Of a stretch of DNA of 24,000 nucleotides, positions 8,140 to 16,680 are shown one piece after another (positions within the stretch are counted from its first letter, which is position 1; every line of letters starts with the position of its first letter). Location of the stretch: contig JAWBOR010000007.1 in the NCBI GenBank assembly GCA_038826015.1, forward strand, positions 8,493 to 32,492, given 5' to 3'. This DNA comes from Candidatus Bathyarchaeia archaeon. GTDB lineage: Archaea; Thermoproteota; Bathyarchaeia; Bathyarchaeales; DTEX01. A program made the position numbers and the translations under genes. The notes under the pieces were generated by a model. That model did not search any database and was not told the DNA's origin. It worked only from the letters and a program-made list of their open reading frames with translations.

Positions 8140-8932
8140 TTGGTAACCAGCGTTAAAAACCGAAGAGGGACATGGAGACTGGTTAAAGACAGATTTGAGT
8201 TTGCAATCGATATGCTTGCCTACGCGGTGATTATTTACATGTTTATTTCCATATTCTATTTGTACTTCGCTGTCGGCGGATCATGGGATCTTGTGGGAAA
8301 AGCTCTCCTCGACAATCGAGTAATCGGCTCAATCATCATAAGCATCTCTTCCGCCTTCATAGTAGGAGGATTGGCAGTTGCCATTGCCATTCCAACAGCG
8401 TATTTTTTGGTTTATAGAAATTTTCGTGGTAAGAGTATGCTGGAAACTTGATTGATTTGCCTCAGATGTTTCCCCCGGTCACAGAAGGCCTAGTTTATCT
8501 TCTCATGTTCGAACAGATAGGACTGGCTTACACCTATGCAGCGGTAATCATAGCGAAATTTTATGTTTCAGCACCTTTCGCCATAAGCTTCGCCACAAGA
8601 CGCTTCAGAGAAATAAGAGAAACTGGATTAGACATAATAGCCAAATCTCTAGGCGCAAAAACCAGAAACATTCTAGGCCGTGTTCTGTTACCTCTTTCGA
8701 GCCGAGATTTGCTTGCAGGTTTTTCCTTGACTTGGACAAGAGCTATGGGAGAATTAGCTGCCACTTTTGTTTTTGCTGGAGCCATAGCATGGAAGACTGA
8801 GACTATTCCTGCACTTGTTTATCTAACATCGAAAGACGCCCCCAGATGGCCATTGCTGCATCAATTATCGCGGAGACGCTATCTATAATCGCCCTGCTTT
8901 CGTTCAAATGGATTGCGAGGGAAAGAAAATGA
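8140..8932 (+). pseudogene. ABC transporter permease (CysTW/ModB/TupB-type), reading frame broken twice
   Basis: Three consecutive frames together encode one permease. Segment 8140-8451 reads ...RNFRGKSMLET*. Segment 8448-~8843 reads LIDLPQMFPPVTEG...EAA-loop DIIAKSLGAKTRNILGRVLLPL...YLTSKDAP. Segment 8846-8932 reads MAIAASIIAETLSIIALLSFKWIARERK*. Adding one T at 8448-8449 and one C to the C5 run at 8839-8843 restores a continuous ~262-aa protein. Its TGA then overlaps the ATPase ATG (ATGA at 8929-8932). Confidence 0.75.
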
Positions 8933-9666
8933 AGAAACTTTTTGTCCAGGGCATTAGCAAAACTTATGGAAACATTAAGGCGCTTGACCATGTTGAGTTC
9001 TCCATTAACCCAGGAGAGCTCATGGTTATTATGGGTCCTAGCGGCTGCGGAAAAACAACATTGTTGCTGGTTATTCTAGGAGCTTTAAAGCCAGATGAGG
9101 GACATGTCTGGATAAATGGGAATAATGTTGATAAACTTCCGCTTGAAGAAAGAAATATCGGCTATTTGCCTCAGGATTTCGGTCTATTCCCCCATCTGAC
9201 TGTATATGATAACATAGCCTTTGGACTTCGAGTAAGAAAATATTCTAAAGAAACAACCCAGAAGAGAGTAAATGAACTTCTACTTACCGTAGACTTAGAA
9301 GGCTTAGAAAACCGCAAGCCAAATGAGTTGAGCGGAGGCCAGAAACAACGTGTGGCCCTAGCAAGGGCATTGGCGATAAATCCTTCGGTGCTTTTGCTGG
9401 ATGAGCCGCTGAGCAACATTGACGAGGCTACAAAGTCAGAATTCCGAGTTAATCTAAAAGAGATACAGAGGAAATCACGGGTCACGACTCTTTGCGTAAC
9501 GCATAATCCTGAAGACGCTTTTCAACATGGAGACCGCATTGCCATCATGTATTCAGGAAAGATAATTCAACAGGATACTCCAAAAGGCATTTTGAAGAGC
9601 TCTGAAAATGAACTTGTAAGAAAACTTATTGCACCCATGTATATTCTATGGAACAACAAAATATAA
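8929..9666 (+). CDS. ABC transporter ATP-binding protein
   Basis: Walker A GPSGCGKTT, signature LSGGQKQR, Walker B LLLDEP and an H-loop (CVTHN). I place the start at ATG 8929 (MKKLFVQGISKTYG) rather than the ORF-track 8908. This start overlaps the repaired permease stop and gives a typical N-terminus. Confidence 0.9.
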   Translation: MKKLFVQGISKTYGNIKALDHVEFSINPGELMVIMGPSGCGKTTLLLVILGALKPDEGHVWINGNNVDKLPLEERNIGYLPQDFGLFPHLTVYDNIAFGLRVRKYSKETTQKRVNELLLTVDLEGLENRKPNELSGGQKQRVALARALAINPSVLLLDEPLSNIDEATKSEFRVNLKEIQRKSRVTTLCVTHNPEDAFQHGDRIAIMYSGKIIQQDTPKGILKSSENELVRKLIAPMYILWNNKI

Positions 9667-9796
9667 TTCCTTTTCCATATAGTAAGAGATACATTCTTAT
9701 TATTGATTAACAATGATATACTTTTAACAAGAAAACTTTAAAGTGGCCGAGAAAAATATGTCTCTTAATATAGATACATTATAAAAGTGGTTTAGA

Positions 9797-11047
9797 ATGG
9801 CTGAAAAAATAAATCCTCTTGACTCGGCCTTACAACAACTTAATATAGCTGCGGAGATGCTTAATCTTGACCCTGGCGTTCACGAAATCCTCAAACATCC
9901 TAAGAGAACTCTCACGGTTTCGATACCAGTAAAAATGGATGACGGGGAAATCAAGGTTTTCACGGGTTACAGGGTGCAACACACTGATGCTAGGGGACCC
10001 TACAAAGGGGGAATTCGTTACTCGCCTGAGGTAGATTTAGATGAGGTTAAAGCCTTAGCAATGTGGATGACATGGAAATGCGCCGTAGCAGATATTCCTT
10101 ATGGCGGTGCTAAGGGAGGCGTATCCTGCAATCCGAAAGAGATGTCCGTGGGTGAATTGGAACGGATGACTCGGAGATACACTTCTATGATTCTACAGGT
10201 GATAGGCCCATACAGCGATGTTCCTGCACCTGATGTCTATACAGATGCTCAAACTATGGCTTGGATCATGGATACCTATAGTCAAATCAAGGGATATTTG
10301 GTTCCTGAGGTTGTTACTGGTAAACCTTTGCATTTAGGCGGCTCCGAAGGAAGAGAAGAAGCAACAGCACAAGGCGTCGTTTTTTGCATAAAAGAAGCTT
10401 GCAAAGACCTAGGAATCAAATTTAAGGATGCCACTGTGGCAATTCAAGGCTTTGGAAAAGTGGGATGGAACGCGGCTAAACTGCTTCATAAAGAGGGTTG
10501 CAGAATTGTCGCACTTAGCGATTCAAAAGGAGGAATCTATAATCCTAAAGGCATAAATCCCATTGAGGTTTCAGAATATAAAAGGAAAACGAGCTCTGTC
10601 TTAGGGTGTGGTGAATGCAGAAACATAACCAACGAAGAGTTATTAGAGTTGGAATGTGACATTTTAATTCCTGCAGCTATCGAGAATCAAATTACTAAGG
10701 CAAATGCCGGAAACATTAAGGCAAAGTTGATCGCTGAAGCTGCTAATGGTCCAACTACTCCAGACGCGGGAAAAATCCTTATTGAAAAAGGAGTTTTTGT
10801 GATTCCAGATATCCTAGCCAATGCTGGCGGTGTAACAGTGAGCTATTTCGAATGGGTACAAAACCTCCATCGTGAACACTGGACTAAAGAGGAAGTGAAC
10901 CGTAAGCTCAAAGATAAAATAATCAATGCTTACAGAGATGTCGACGCCCTAGCAAAGAGAAATGAAGTAGATATGAGAACAGCAGCTCTCATGTTAGCTG
11001 TGAGAAGAGTTGCTGATGCCTTAAAGTCTCTTGGGCTGTGGCCTTAA
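9797..11047 (+). CDS. gdhA: glutamate dehydrogenase
   Basis: 416 aa. It carries the hallmark KGGIRYSPEVDLDEVKALAMWMTWKCAVADIPYGGAKGGV and the Rossmann motif GFGKVG. Confidence 0.92.
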   Translation: MAEKINPLDSALQQLNIAAEMLNLDPGVHEILKHPKRTLTVSIPVKMDDGEIKVFTGYRVQHTDARGPYKGGIRYSPEVDLDEVKALAMWMTWKCAVADIPYGGAKGGVSCNPKEMSVGELERMTRRYTSMILQVIGPYSDVPAPDVYTDAQTMAWIMDTYSQIKGYLVPEVVTGKPLHLGGSEGREEATAQGVVFCIKEACKDLGIKFKDATVAIQGFGKVGWNAAKLLHKEGCRIVALSDSKGGIYNPKGINPIEVSEYKRKTSSVLGCGECRNITNEELLELECDILIPAAIENQITKANAGNIKAKLIAEAANGPTTPDAGKILIEKGVFVIPDILANAGGVTVSYFEWVQNLHREHWTKEEVNRKLKDKIINAYRDVDALAKRNEVDMRTAALMLAVRRVADALKSLGLWP

Positions 11048-11175
11048 CACATAAATAAAAAAGGTTCAAAAAGGATTCAGATACTCAAAAATTTAAACAC
11101 ATAAAAATTGTTAATCAGCTTCATGATGTCTAGCTAAATTAAAGTAGTTGACAGCAGTTGTTTGGAGGCTGCTTT

Positions 11176-11469
11176 GTGAAGAAGCAACACATTTCCCCGA
11201 AAGAAGTTGAGCATGTCGCGTGGCTCGCCCATGTAGAACTTTCAGAAGAAGAGAAAACTCTCTTTACAGAGCAGTTTAATAGGATTCTTGATTTTTTCAA
11301 GAAAATTGATGAGATTAATGTAAAAGATGTGCTGCCGACCTATCACGTCTTAGACCTCGTTAACATTTACCGCCAAGATGAAGCAAAAGAATCTTTGCCA
11401 AGAGAAGAAACTCTAAAAAATGCGCCCAAAAAAGAGGAGGCTTTCTTCAAATCACCTAGAATAGTGTAA
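11176..11469 (+). CDS. gatC: Asp/Glu-tRNA amidotransferase subunit C
   Basis: The ORF is open from TTG 11158. GTG 11176 lies 6 nt after GGAGG and gives VKKQHISPKEVEHVAWLAHVELSEEEKTLFTEQFNRILDFFKKIDEI, a typical GatC. It sits immediately upstream of gatA. Confidence 0.85.
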   Translation: MKKQHISPKEVEHVAWLAHVELSEEEKTLFTEQFNRILDFFKKIDEINVKDVLPTYHVLDLVNIYRQDEAKESLPREETLKNAPKKEEAFFKSPRIV

Positions 11470-11489
11470 ATAGAATATGAGGTCGTTCT

Positions 11490-12953
11490 ATGCTCAAACC
11501 ATATGCGTTGACTGCAACCGAAGCTACAAAAATGATAAAACAACAGGATTTAAGAGCTGAGGAATACATCGCGTCTATCTTAGAGAGAATGGACGAAGTA
11601 GACAAAAAAATTCATGCCTTTCTCACGGTTACGAAAGAAGAAGCCTTAAAGAAAGCGAAAGAAATCGACGATAAAATTCGGAAAGGTGAAAAACTGGGAC
11701 GCCTCGCCGGTGCAGCCATAGCTATAAAAGACAATATTTGCATCAGAGGCGTCCGCACGACATGTTCCTCTCGTATGCTGGAGTTCTTTGTTTCTCCATA
11801 CGATGCAACGGTTATCGAGAAACTGAGAAACGAAGATGCTATAATTGTTGGAAAGACTAATATGGACGAATTCGCGATGGGAACAACCACTGAGACCAGT
11901 TATTTCGGCGCTACCTATAATCCATGGAACCCGTTGAAAGTGCCTGGTGGCTCTTCTGGTGGAAGCGCTGCCGCAGTTATATCTGAGGAAGCCACCTTAG
12001 CCCTCGGGTCGGATACAGGCGGCTCAATAAGGTGTCCTGCCAGCTATTGCTCGACAATAGGGCTTAAACCTACCTATGGGTTGGTGAGCCGTTATGGTCT
12101 CATTGCCTATGCCAATAGTCTCGAGCAGATTGGTCCTTTAACAAAGGATGTGGCTGACTGCGCATTGCTTCTGTCAGTTGTAAGCGGCTACGATGCCAAA
12201 GATAGCACTTCAGTGGATTTGCCTACAATGGATTATGTGCGTTTGCTTAAAGACGATATCAAAGGGCTTCGAATCGGTTTGCCCATTGAATTTTTCAGCC
12301 AAGGCGTCGAAGAGGATGTTAAGAAACATGTTTGGGCTGCTGTGCATAAGCTTGAGGATCTAGGAGCCGTCTATGAGGAGATTTCTCTTCCAAGTTTGGA
12401 TTATGCTTTAGCCGCCTATTATATTGTTGCGATGTCTGAGGCGAGTTCTAACCTGGCGCGTTACGATGGTTTGCGTTACGGATACCGCGTTGAACATGAT
12501 GATGGAGACTGGGCAGCTGTGTACGCGAAGAATAGGAGAATAGGTTTCGGAACCGAAGTTAGAAGACGGATAATCCTTGGAACCTATGCGTTGTCAGCGG
12601 GTTATTATGAGCAGTATTATTTGAAGGCGCTTAAGGTTCGAACGGTTATTCGCAGGGATTTCGATGAAGCCTTCAAAAAATTCGATGCTTTGATAGGTCC
12701 AACTATGCCGCTTCCACCCTTCGATGTAGGAGAAAAAATCGAAGACCCTCTCACGTTATATATGTGCGACGTCCTCACTGTTCCCGCGAATCTAACAGGT
12801 TGCCCTGCGATATCCATCCCCTGCGGCTTCAGTAACAATTTACCAATCGGATTACAAATAATCAGCAAGCCATTTCGTGAAGACATAATATTACGAGTTG
12901 CTTACACATTCGAAAAGAACACAGATTTCCATAAAAGACGCCCAAGTTTATAA
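11490..12953 (+). CDS. gatA: Asp/Glu-tRNA amidotransferase subunit A (amidase signature family)
   Basis: 487 aa. It has the amidase signature GGSSGGSAAAV...GSDTGGSIRCPAS, and the ATG is preceded by GAGG. gatB is not adjacent in this window. Confidence 0.92.
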   Translation: MLKPYALTATEATKMIKQQDLRAEEYIASILERMDEVDKKIHAFLTVTKEEALKKAKEIDDKIRKGEKLGRLAGAAIAIKDNICIRGVRTTCSSRMLEFFVSPYDATVIEKLRNEDAIIVGKTNMDEFAMGTTTETSYFGATYNPWNPLKVPGGSSGGSAAAVISEEATLALGSDTGGSIRCPASYCSTIGLKPTYGLVSRYGLIAYANSLEQIGPLTKDVADCALLLSVVSGYDAKDSTSVDLPTMDYVRLLKDDIKGLRIGLPIEFFSQGVEEDVKKHVWAAVHKLEDLGAVYEEISLPSLDYALAAYYIVAMSEASSNLARYDGLRYGYRVEHDDGDWAAVYAKNRRIGFGTEVRRRIILGTYALSAGYYEQYYLKALKVRTVIRRDFDEAFKKFDALIGPTMPLPPFDVGEKIEDPLTLYMCDVLTVPANLTGCPAISIPCGFSNNLPIGLQIISKPFREDIILRVAYTFEKNTDFHKRRPSL

Positions 12954-12960
12954 ATGAATA

Positions 12961-12966
12961 TTTTTT
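12961..12966 (+). terminator. oligo-T tract after gatA (archaeal-type terminator candidate)
   Basis: A T6 run begins 8 nt after the gatA stop codon. Archaeal termination commonly uses oligo-T tracts. This is a pattern match only. Confidence 0.3.
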
Positions 12967-13048
12967 GGCATCCTAATTTATTCGTGAATAGACATAAATT
13001 TCTTAAATCGAAAAGCCATTTTTAACTAATCTGCGGCGAGGGTTAAAT

Positions 13049-13486
13049 TTGAGTGAGAGCGAATCTTATTCTCCTAACAATTTTATTTTAAGAATCACTA
13101 GAGAAGAATGGTTTAAGCAAGTCTTTACGATTAAAAAATATTATCCTGGTATTGGAAGACGCTGGGAAGCCGGCGGCGTAATACTTTTAGCTCGAAAAAC
13201 CGAGAATGGAGATTCCTTCGTTGGCTACGGTATTCTAGAAAAATTTGTGGAGAGTAATCAGTTGCCAGAAAAAGAAAGGGTAGAATGCGAAAATATGGGT
13301 TGGAAAGGTGTTTTGGTCTTTGAAGAACTGTATAAGTTTGAGCCTCCGCTTCCGATTAAAGAAACGTTCCTGAGCGGCTCAAATGCCCGAGGAAGATGTC
13401 TACATGGCTATCCCTTGACACAAAAACAGGTCAAATCTATACTGGATAAAGCTAAAGAATACAGCGCCTTTAACAAAGTCAACTAA
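13049..13486 (+). CDS. hypothetical protein, possibly PUA-like (ASCH/EVE-type) fold
   Basis: 145 aa with a TTG start 6 nt after GAGGG. The fold guess rests on a beta-rich pattern (GGVILLARKTENGDSFVGYGILEKF...WKGVLVFEELYKFEPPLPIKE) and is weak. The stop overlaps the convergent cofD stop. Confidence 0.55.
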   Translation: MSESESYSPNNFILRITREEWFKQVFTIKKYYPGIGRRWEAGGVILLARKTENGDSFVGYGILEKFVESNQLPEKERVECENMGWKGVLVFEELYKFEPPLPIKETFLSGSNARGRCLHGYPLTQKQVKSILDKAKEYSAFNKVN

Positions 13487-14406
13487 CTTTTTTCTTCTAG
13501 AACTGTTTTTGCCACTCTGATTTTGTCTTCAAGGCTTTTCATAACTGTATCCGTGACAACCACTTTGATGCCAAGTTCTTCAATTTTTTCTTTTTCATGC
13601 CTATCCGCGACATCTAAAACAAATGCGCCAAGGAAATCCCTATAAAGATAGGCAACTGAAAAAGATGAAACCTCTAACCCTAAACCCTTCATCAATTTAT
13701 CTGCTGGACCCTTAATCGGAGCACCAGCCACAAGGGGGCTAACAGCAATCTTCCGAGCCTCGGTGCTTCGCAATGCTTCTCGAACCCCTTTCACTGAAAG
13801 GATTGGTCCAATGCTGACAATTGGGTTACTTGGACAGATAATAACTAAATCGCTGTGAAGAATTGAATCTATAACTCCTGAAGCCGCAGTGGCATTTTCA
13901 ATTCCCAAAAATTTTAGGCCCAGTACTGTGTCTTTTGCACCGCGCCTTACGAGATATTCTTCGAAATGCATGGAGCCAACATTAGTTACAATCCATGTCT
14001 CAAATTTCTCATCGGTCATTGGAATAATCTTAACTTTCAGCCCGTAATCGCGGCATATTTCAGCTGTAACCTCAGATAGTTTAAGTCCTTTCTTCAGCAG
14101 TACGGTTCTATGCAGATGTGTCGCGAGGTCTCTATCGCCTAGGTTAAACCACGTTTCATGCCCATATTTTCTAAGCATCTCGAGACAATGAAAGGTGTCT
14201 CCTTTGATTCCCCATCCTTTCTCCTCGTCGACAATACCGGCCAAAGTATACGTTACGATATCTATGTCAGGTGAAATATGCAGCCCATATAATTCAATAT
14301 CGTCGCCTGTGTTCACAATGACCGTTAATTCTTCTTGTGGAATAATCTTCACTAATCCAGATAGAAGCTTTGCCGCTCCAACACCGCCAGCTAAAGCCGT
14401 TATCAA
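13483..14406 (-). CDS. cofD: 2-phospho-L-lactate (or EPPG) transferase, coenzyme F420 biosynthesis
   Basis: 307 aa. MITALAGGVGAAKLLSGL...VNTGDDIELYGLHISPDIDIVTYTLAG...WFNLGDRDLATHLHRT matches the CofD/FbiA family. The TTG start overlaps the upstream gene's TGA (TTGA). Confidence 0.9.
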   Translation of the reverse strand: MITALAGGVGAAKLLSGLVKIIPQEELTVIVNTGDDIELYGLHISPDIDIVTYTLAGIVDEEKGWGIKGDTFHCLEMLRKYGHETWFNLGDRDLATHLHRTVLLKKGLKLSEVTAEICRDYGLKVKIIPMTDEKFETWIVTNVGSMHFEEYLVRRGAKDTVLGLKFLGIENATAASGVIDSILHSDLVIICPSNPIVSIGPILSVKGVREALRSTEARKIAVSPLVAGAPIKGPADKLMKGLGLEVSSFSVAYLYRDFLGAFVLDVADRHEKEKIEELGIKVVVTDTVMKSLEDKIRVAKTVLEEKS

Positions 14407-15050
14407 AAGACTTCACCCCACCTATCCTTGAAAACTACTTCTTTAAGAGGTTTCCGAGGCGTCGGCTCAGGCTTTTCAGATGGGTAACCTAAAGTTATTA
14501 AAGCTTGAGGCTCAACATCAACTGGAATCCCTAAAACTTTTCTGACCACTTCTTGACAGAATAACGGAGCACAGAACCAGCATGAACCCAGCCCTTCGGA
14601 GTGGGCTGCTAATAGCAAATTTTGGATGGCTGCTGCCAAACTTTGAGTAGCCATTAAATGTTCAAATCTGCGTCTTCTTTCGTCAACGTATTCATCCATC
14701 TCTTCCAAGGTGACGCAAGCAAGTATAAGTATAGGCGGACGAACAAAACGGTTTATTGAAGCCTCAACAAGGTTTTTACGAACCTCTGGAGACACATTAT
14801 CTCTAGCTAAGTCTTCAGCCCATTCATTAGCCATGGCCTCCGCCAATTTCTGCTTCATTTCCTGGTTTGTTATGACAATGAAGCGCCATGGTTGGGCGTT
14901 GTGAGCTGAAGGCGCCCATGTTGCAGCTTCCAAGACACGATGAATAAGAAGTTCTGAGATCTTCTTTGACAGGTATATTCTGATGCTTCGTCGGGTTTTG
15001 AGTAGATGCAAAAAGTCCGAAGACACATGCACAACCTCATCACGCATCAT
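14403..15050 (-). CDS. nitroreductase-fold flavoprotein (FbiB C-terminal-domain-like candidate)
   Basis: 215 aa. LKTRRSIRIY...VLEAATWAPSAHNAQPWRFIVI and a C-terminal GLGSCW...LITLGYP are typical of the nitroreductase superfamily. It has a 4-nt overlap with the cofD start. Confidence 0.85.
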   Translation of the reverse strand: MMRDEVVHVSSDFLHLLKTRRSIRIYLSKKISELLIHRVLEAATWAPSAHNAQPWRFIVITNQEMKQKLAEAMANEWAEDLARDNVSPEVRKNLVEASINRFVRPPILILACVTLEEMDEYVDERRRRFEHLMATQSLAAAIQNLLLAAHSEGLGSCWFCAPLFCQEVVRKVLGIPVDVEPQALITLGYPSEKPEPTPRKPLKEVVFKDRWGEVF

Positions 15051-15133
15051 AGAAGAATTTGCCTTTATATTATTTCTTTGTTAAAAAAGTAAAATGAATA
15101 CCTATTTGTCATAATATTTTTAAAGGGTTCTCA

Positions 15134-15733
15134 TTAGCTGTCTTCTTGTTTTCCTTTCTTGTTATCTAATGTTATGTTTTGAACCCCAAAGAAGTCCGCT
15201 AGGAAACTGTTGAAACCAGTATTTCCAACAAGGGCAGCGATGAAGAAACCTATGAAGATTATTTCCGCCCATGCTTTTGGTAACACGAAAATGAGTAAGC
15301 CTGCTCCACCGCTTCCAACAAAAAATGGTAGCAACGCGATAAAGTATAAAATTGTGTATATGCATTCTGGAACATAAGATATCAGAATTAGTGGAACGGC
15401 GAGAAGCGATTTATTTCTTTGTTTCATGCCTACATTTTTAAATAGTAAACCAGCTGATATGCCCGCTATAGACTTCCCTATCGGAAGCCCGATTAGACCG
15501 ACCCACGAGCCAGCGCCAAGAGGACCATAATAGATTCCCGGTAAGATACCAGCAATCAATCCGGTTAGGAATCCTATTAGAGGCCCTCCGTAGATAGCTG
15601 CTATGAAGGTCGGTATGTGAGATAGATCTATTGAAACTCCGGGAACAATAGGTCCCAGGTAGTTTGAGATTACGAAGAGAATGTTTCCAAGGGCTCCCAT
15701 CATAGTTATGAAAGCAATGGTTTTTGTCTTCAT
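15134..15733 (-). CDS. integral membrane protein, ECF-transporter S-component-like (about 6 TM)
   Basis: 199 aa, very hydrophobic and Gly-rich (DLSHIPTFIAAIYGGPLIGFLTGLIAGILPG). GAGGA lies 7 nt before the ATG. The family assignment comes from size and pattern only, and the substrate is unknown. Confidence 0.65.
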   Translation of the reverse strand: MKTKTIAFITMMGALGNILFVISNYLGPIVPGVSIDLSHIPTFIAAIYGGPLIGFLTGLIAGILPGIYYGPLGAGSWVGLIGLPIGKSIAGISAGLLFKNVGMKQRNKSLLAVPLILISYVPECIYTILYFIALLPFFVGSGGAGLLIFVLPKAWAEIIFIGFFIAALVGNTGFNSFLADFFGVQNITLDNKKGKQEDS

Positions 15734-15923
15734 TTCAATTCCTCGTTAGGGTTTTTGATTAAAGGTCTTCTTATTTAAGAGTTACTACTCGAAAATGAGT
15801 AGATTCTTTTTGAATCGGAGATCTGTCAGTTACGAAACAAAAACATAATTGTTAAAAGTGAAAAAATAATGATTGTTAAGCCATTAACATCCAAAAAGAT
15901 TTAATGAGACAAAAGTGAGAGCT

Positions 15924-16475
15924 TCATATTCCTAGCTCTTGGCTCACGTTTCGGATTCCTTCTAAGGCTATTTTAAAAAACTCTTCGAGAGTCATCCCGA
16001 TTTCTCGGCATAGGGCTATTCTGTTTCTGTCGGCGCCTCTGGCGAAGTCTTTATCTTTGAACTTCTTTTTCACAGTTTCTACGGATATGTCTTTAACCTT
16101 TTTTGAGGGCATAACTAAAGCGCACGCGATTATTAACCCCGAGACAGCGTCTGAAGCAATGAGAGCTTTCTCCATGTTTGACTGGGGAAAAACTCCACTA
16201 TACTTAGAGTTATGCGCTTTTATAGCTCTCAAAATCTCGTCAGGGACTTTTCCTTTGAGAATCTCTTGGGCCAAAATTCCGTGTCTTTCAGGACTCTTCG
16301 CTGTCTCTTCAAAATCTATGTCGTGGAGTAAACCAGCTAATCCCCATAAAATTTCATCTTCCTTTAAATGTTGAGCTAAAGCCTTCATTATGGCTTCAAC
16401 AGCAACCATGTGAAGGAAAATGTTTTGATGCTTGATATTTGTTTTTACGAGTTCGATTGCCTCATCATGGTTCAA
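15924..16475 (-). CDS. HD-domain (HDIG-type) metal-dependent phosphohydrolase
   Basis: 183 aa with H...HD motifs (FLHMVAVEAIM ... GLLHDIDFE) and a TTG start. Confidence 0.8.
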   Translation of the reverse strand: MNHDEAIELVKTNIKHQNIFLHMVAVEAIMKALAQHLKEDEILWGLAGLLHDIDFEETAKSPERHGILAQEILKGKVPDEILRAIKAHNSKYSGVFPQSNMEKALIASDAVSGLIIACALVMPSKKVKDISVETVKKKFKDKDFARGADRNRIALCREIGMTLEEFFKIALEGIRNVSQELGI

Positions 16476-16680
16476 AGATTATCCGCTCATGAACCCTTTG
16501 CATATTTTAGTCAATTTTTAAGAAAGCTTCATATTTAACAGTTTTTCACATCAAGTAGATTTTCTAAGAAAGATTACTAGAATAATTAATGGTTAAAAAA
16601 TTATTGTGATAACGATTTGTGCATACAACATATTTTTATAGTTTATAACATCCTGATTCCTGAATAAAAGTGAATATGTC

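Noticed and set aside
8448-8451. Programmed -1 ribosomal frameshifting or a genuinely two-piece permease
   Set aside because: There is no X XXY YYZ slippery heptamer or downstream structure. A second break in the same gene and a third in an unrelated gene all sit at mononucleotide runs, which favours an indel (error or mutation) over recoding.
9687-9780. 9-mer AGATACATT repeated upstream of gdhA (9687-9695 and 9772-9780)
   Set aside because: The reasoning is the same: a short repeat in AT-rich promoter DNA. The second copy overlaps a TATA-like ATTATAAAAG, so it is probably just promoter composition.
11046-11105. 10-mer AACACATAAA repeated exactly 50 bp apart between gdhA and gatC (11046-11055 and 11096-11105)
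   Set aside because: It is a very AT-rich, low-complexity spacer where a 10-mer repeat is plausible by chance. No dyad symmetry or third copy was seen.
15785-15815. Small hairpin CTACTC-GAAAAT-GAGTAG followed by a T-run, considered as a riboswitch or terminator upstream of the ECF-S-like gene
   Set aside because: The stem is only 6 bp, and the T-run is on the + strand where no gene ends. No TPP/FMN/preQ1-like conserved core is visible, and the region is not GC-enriched.
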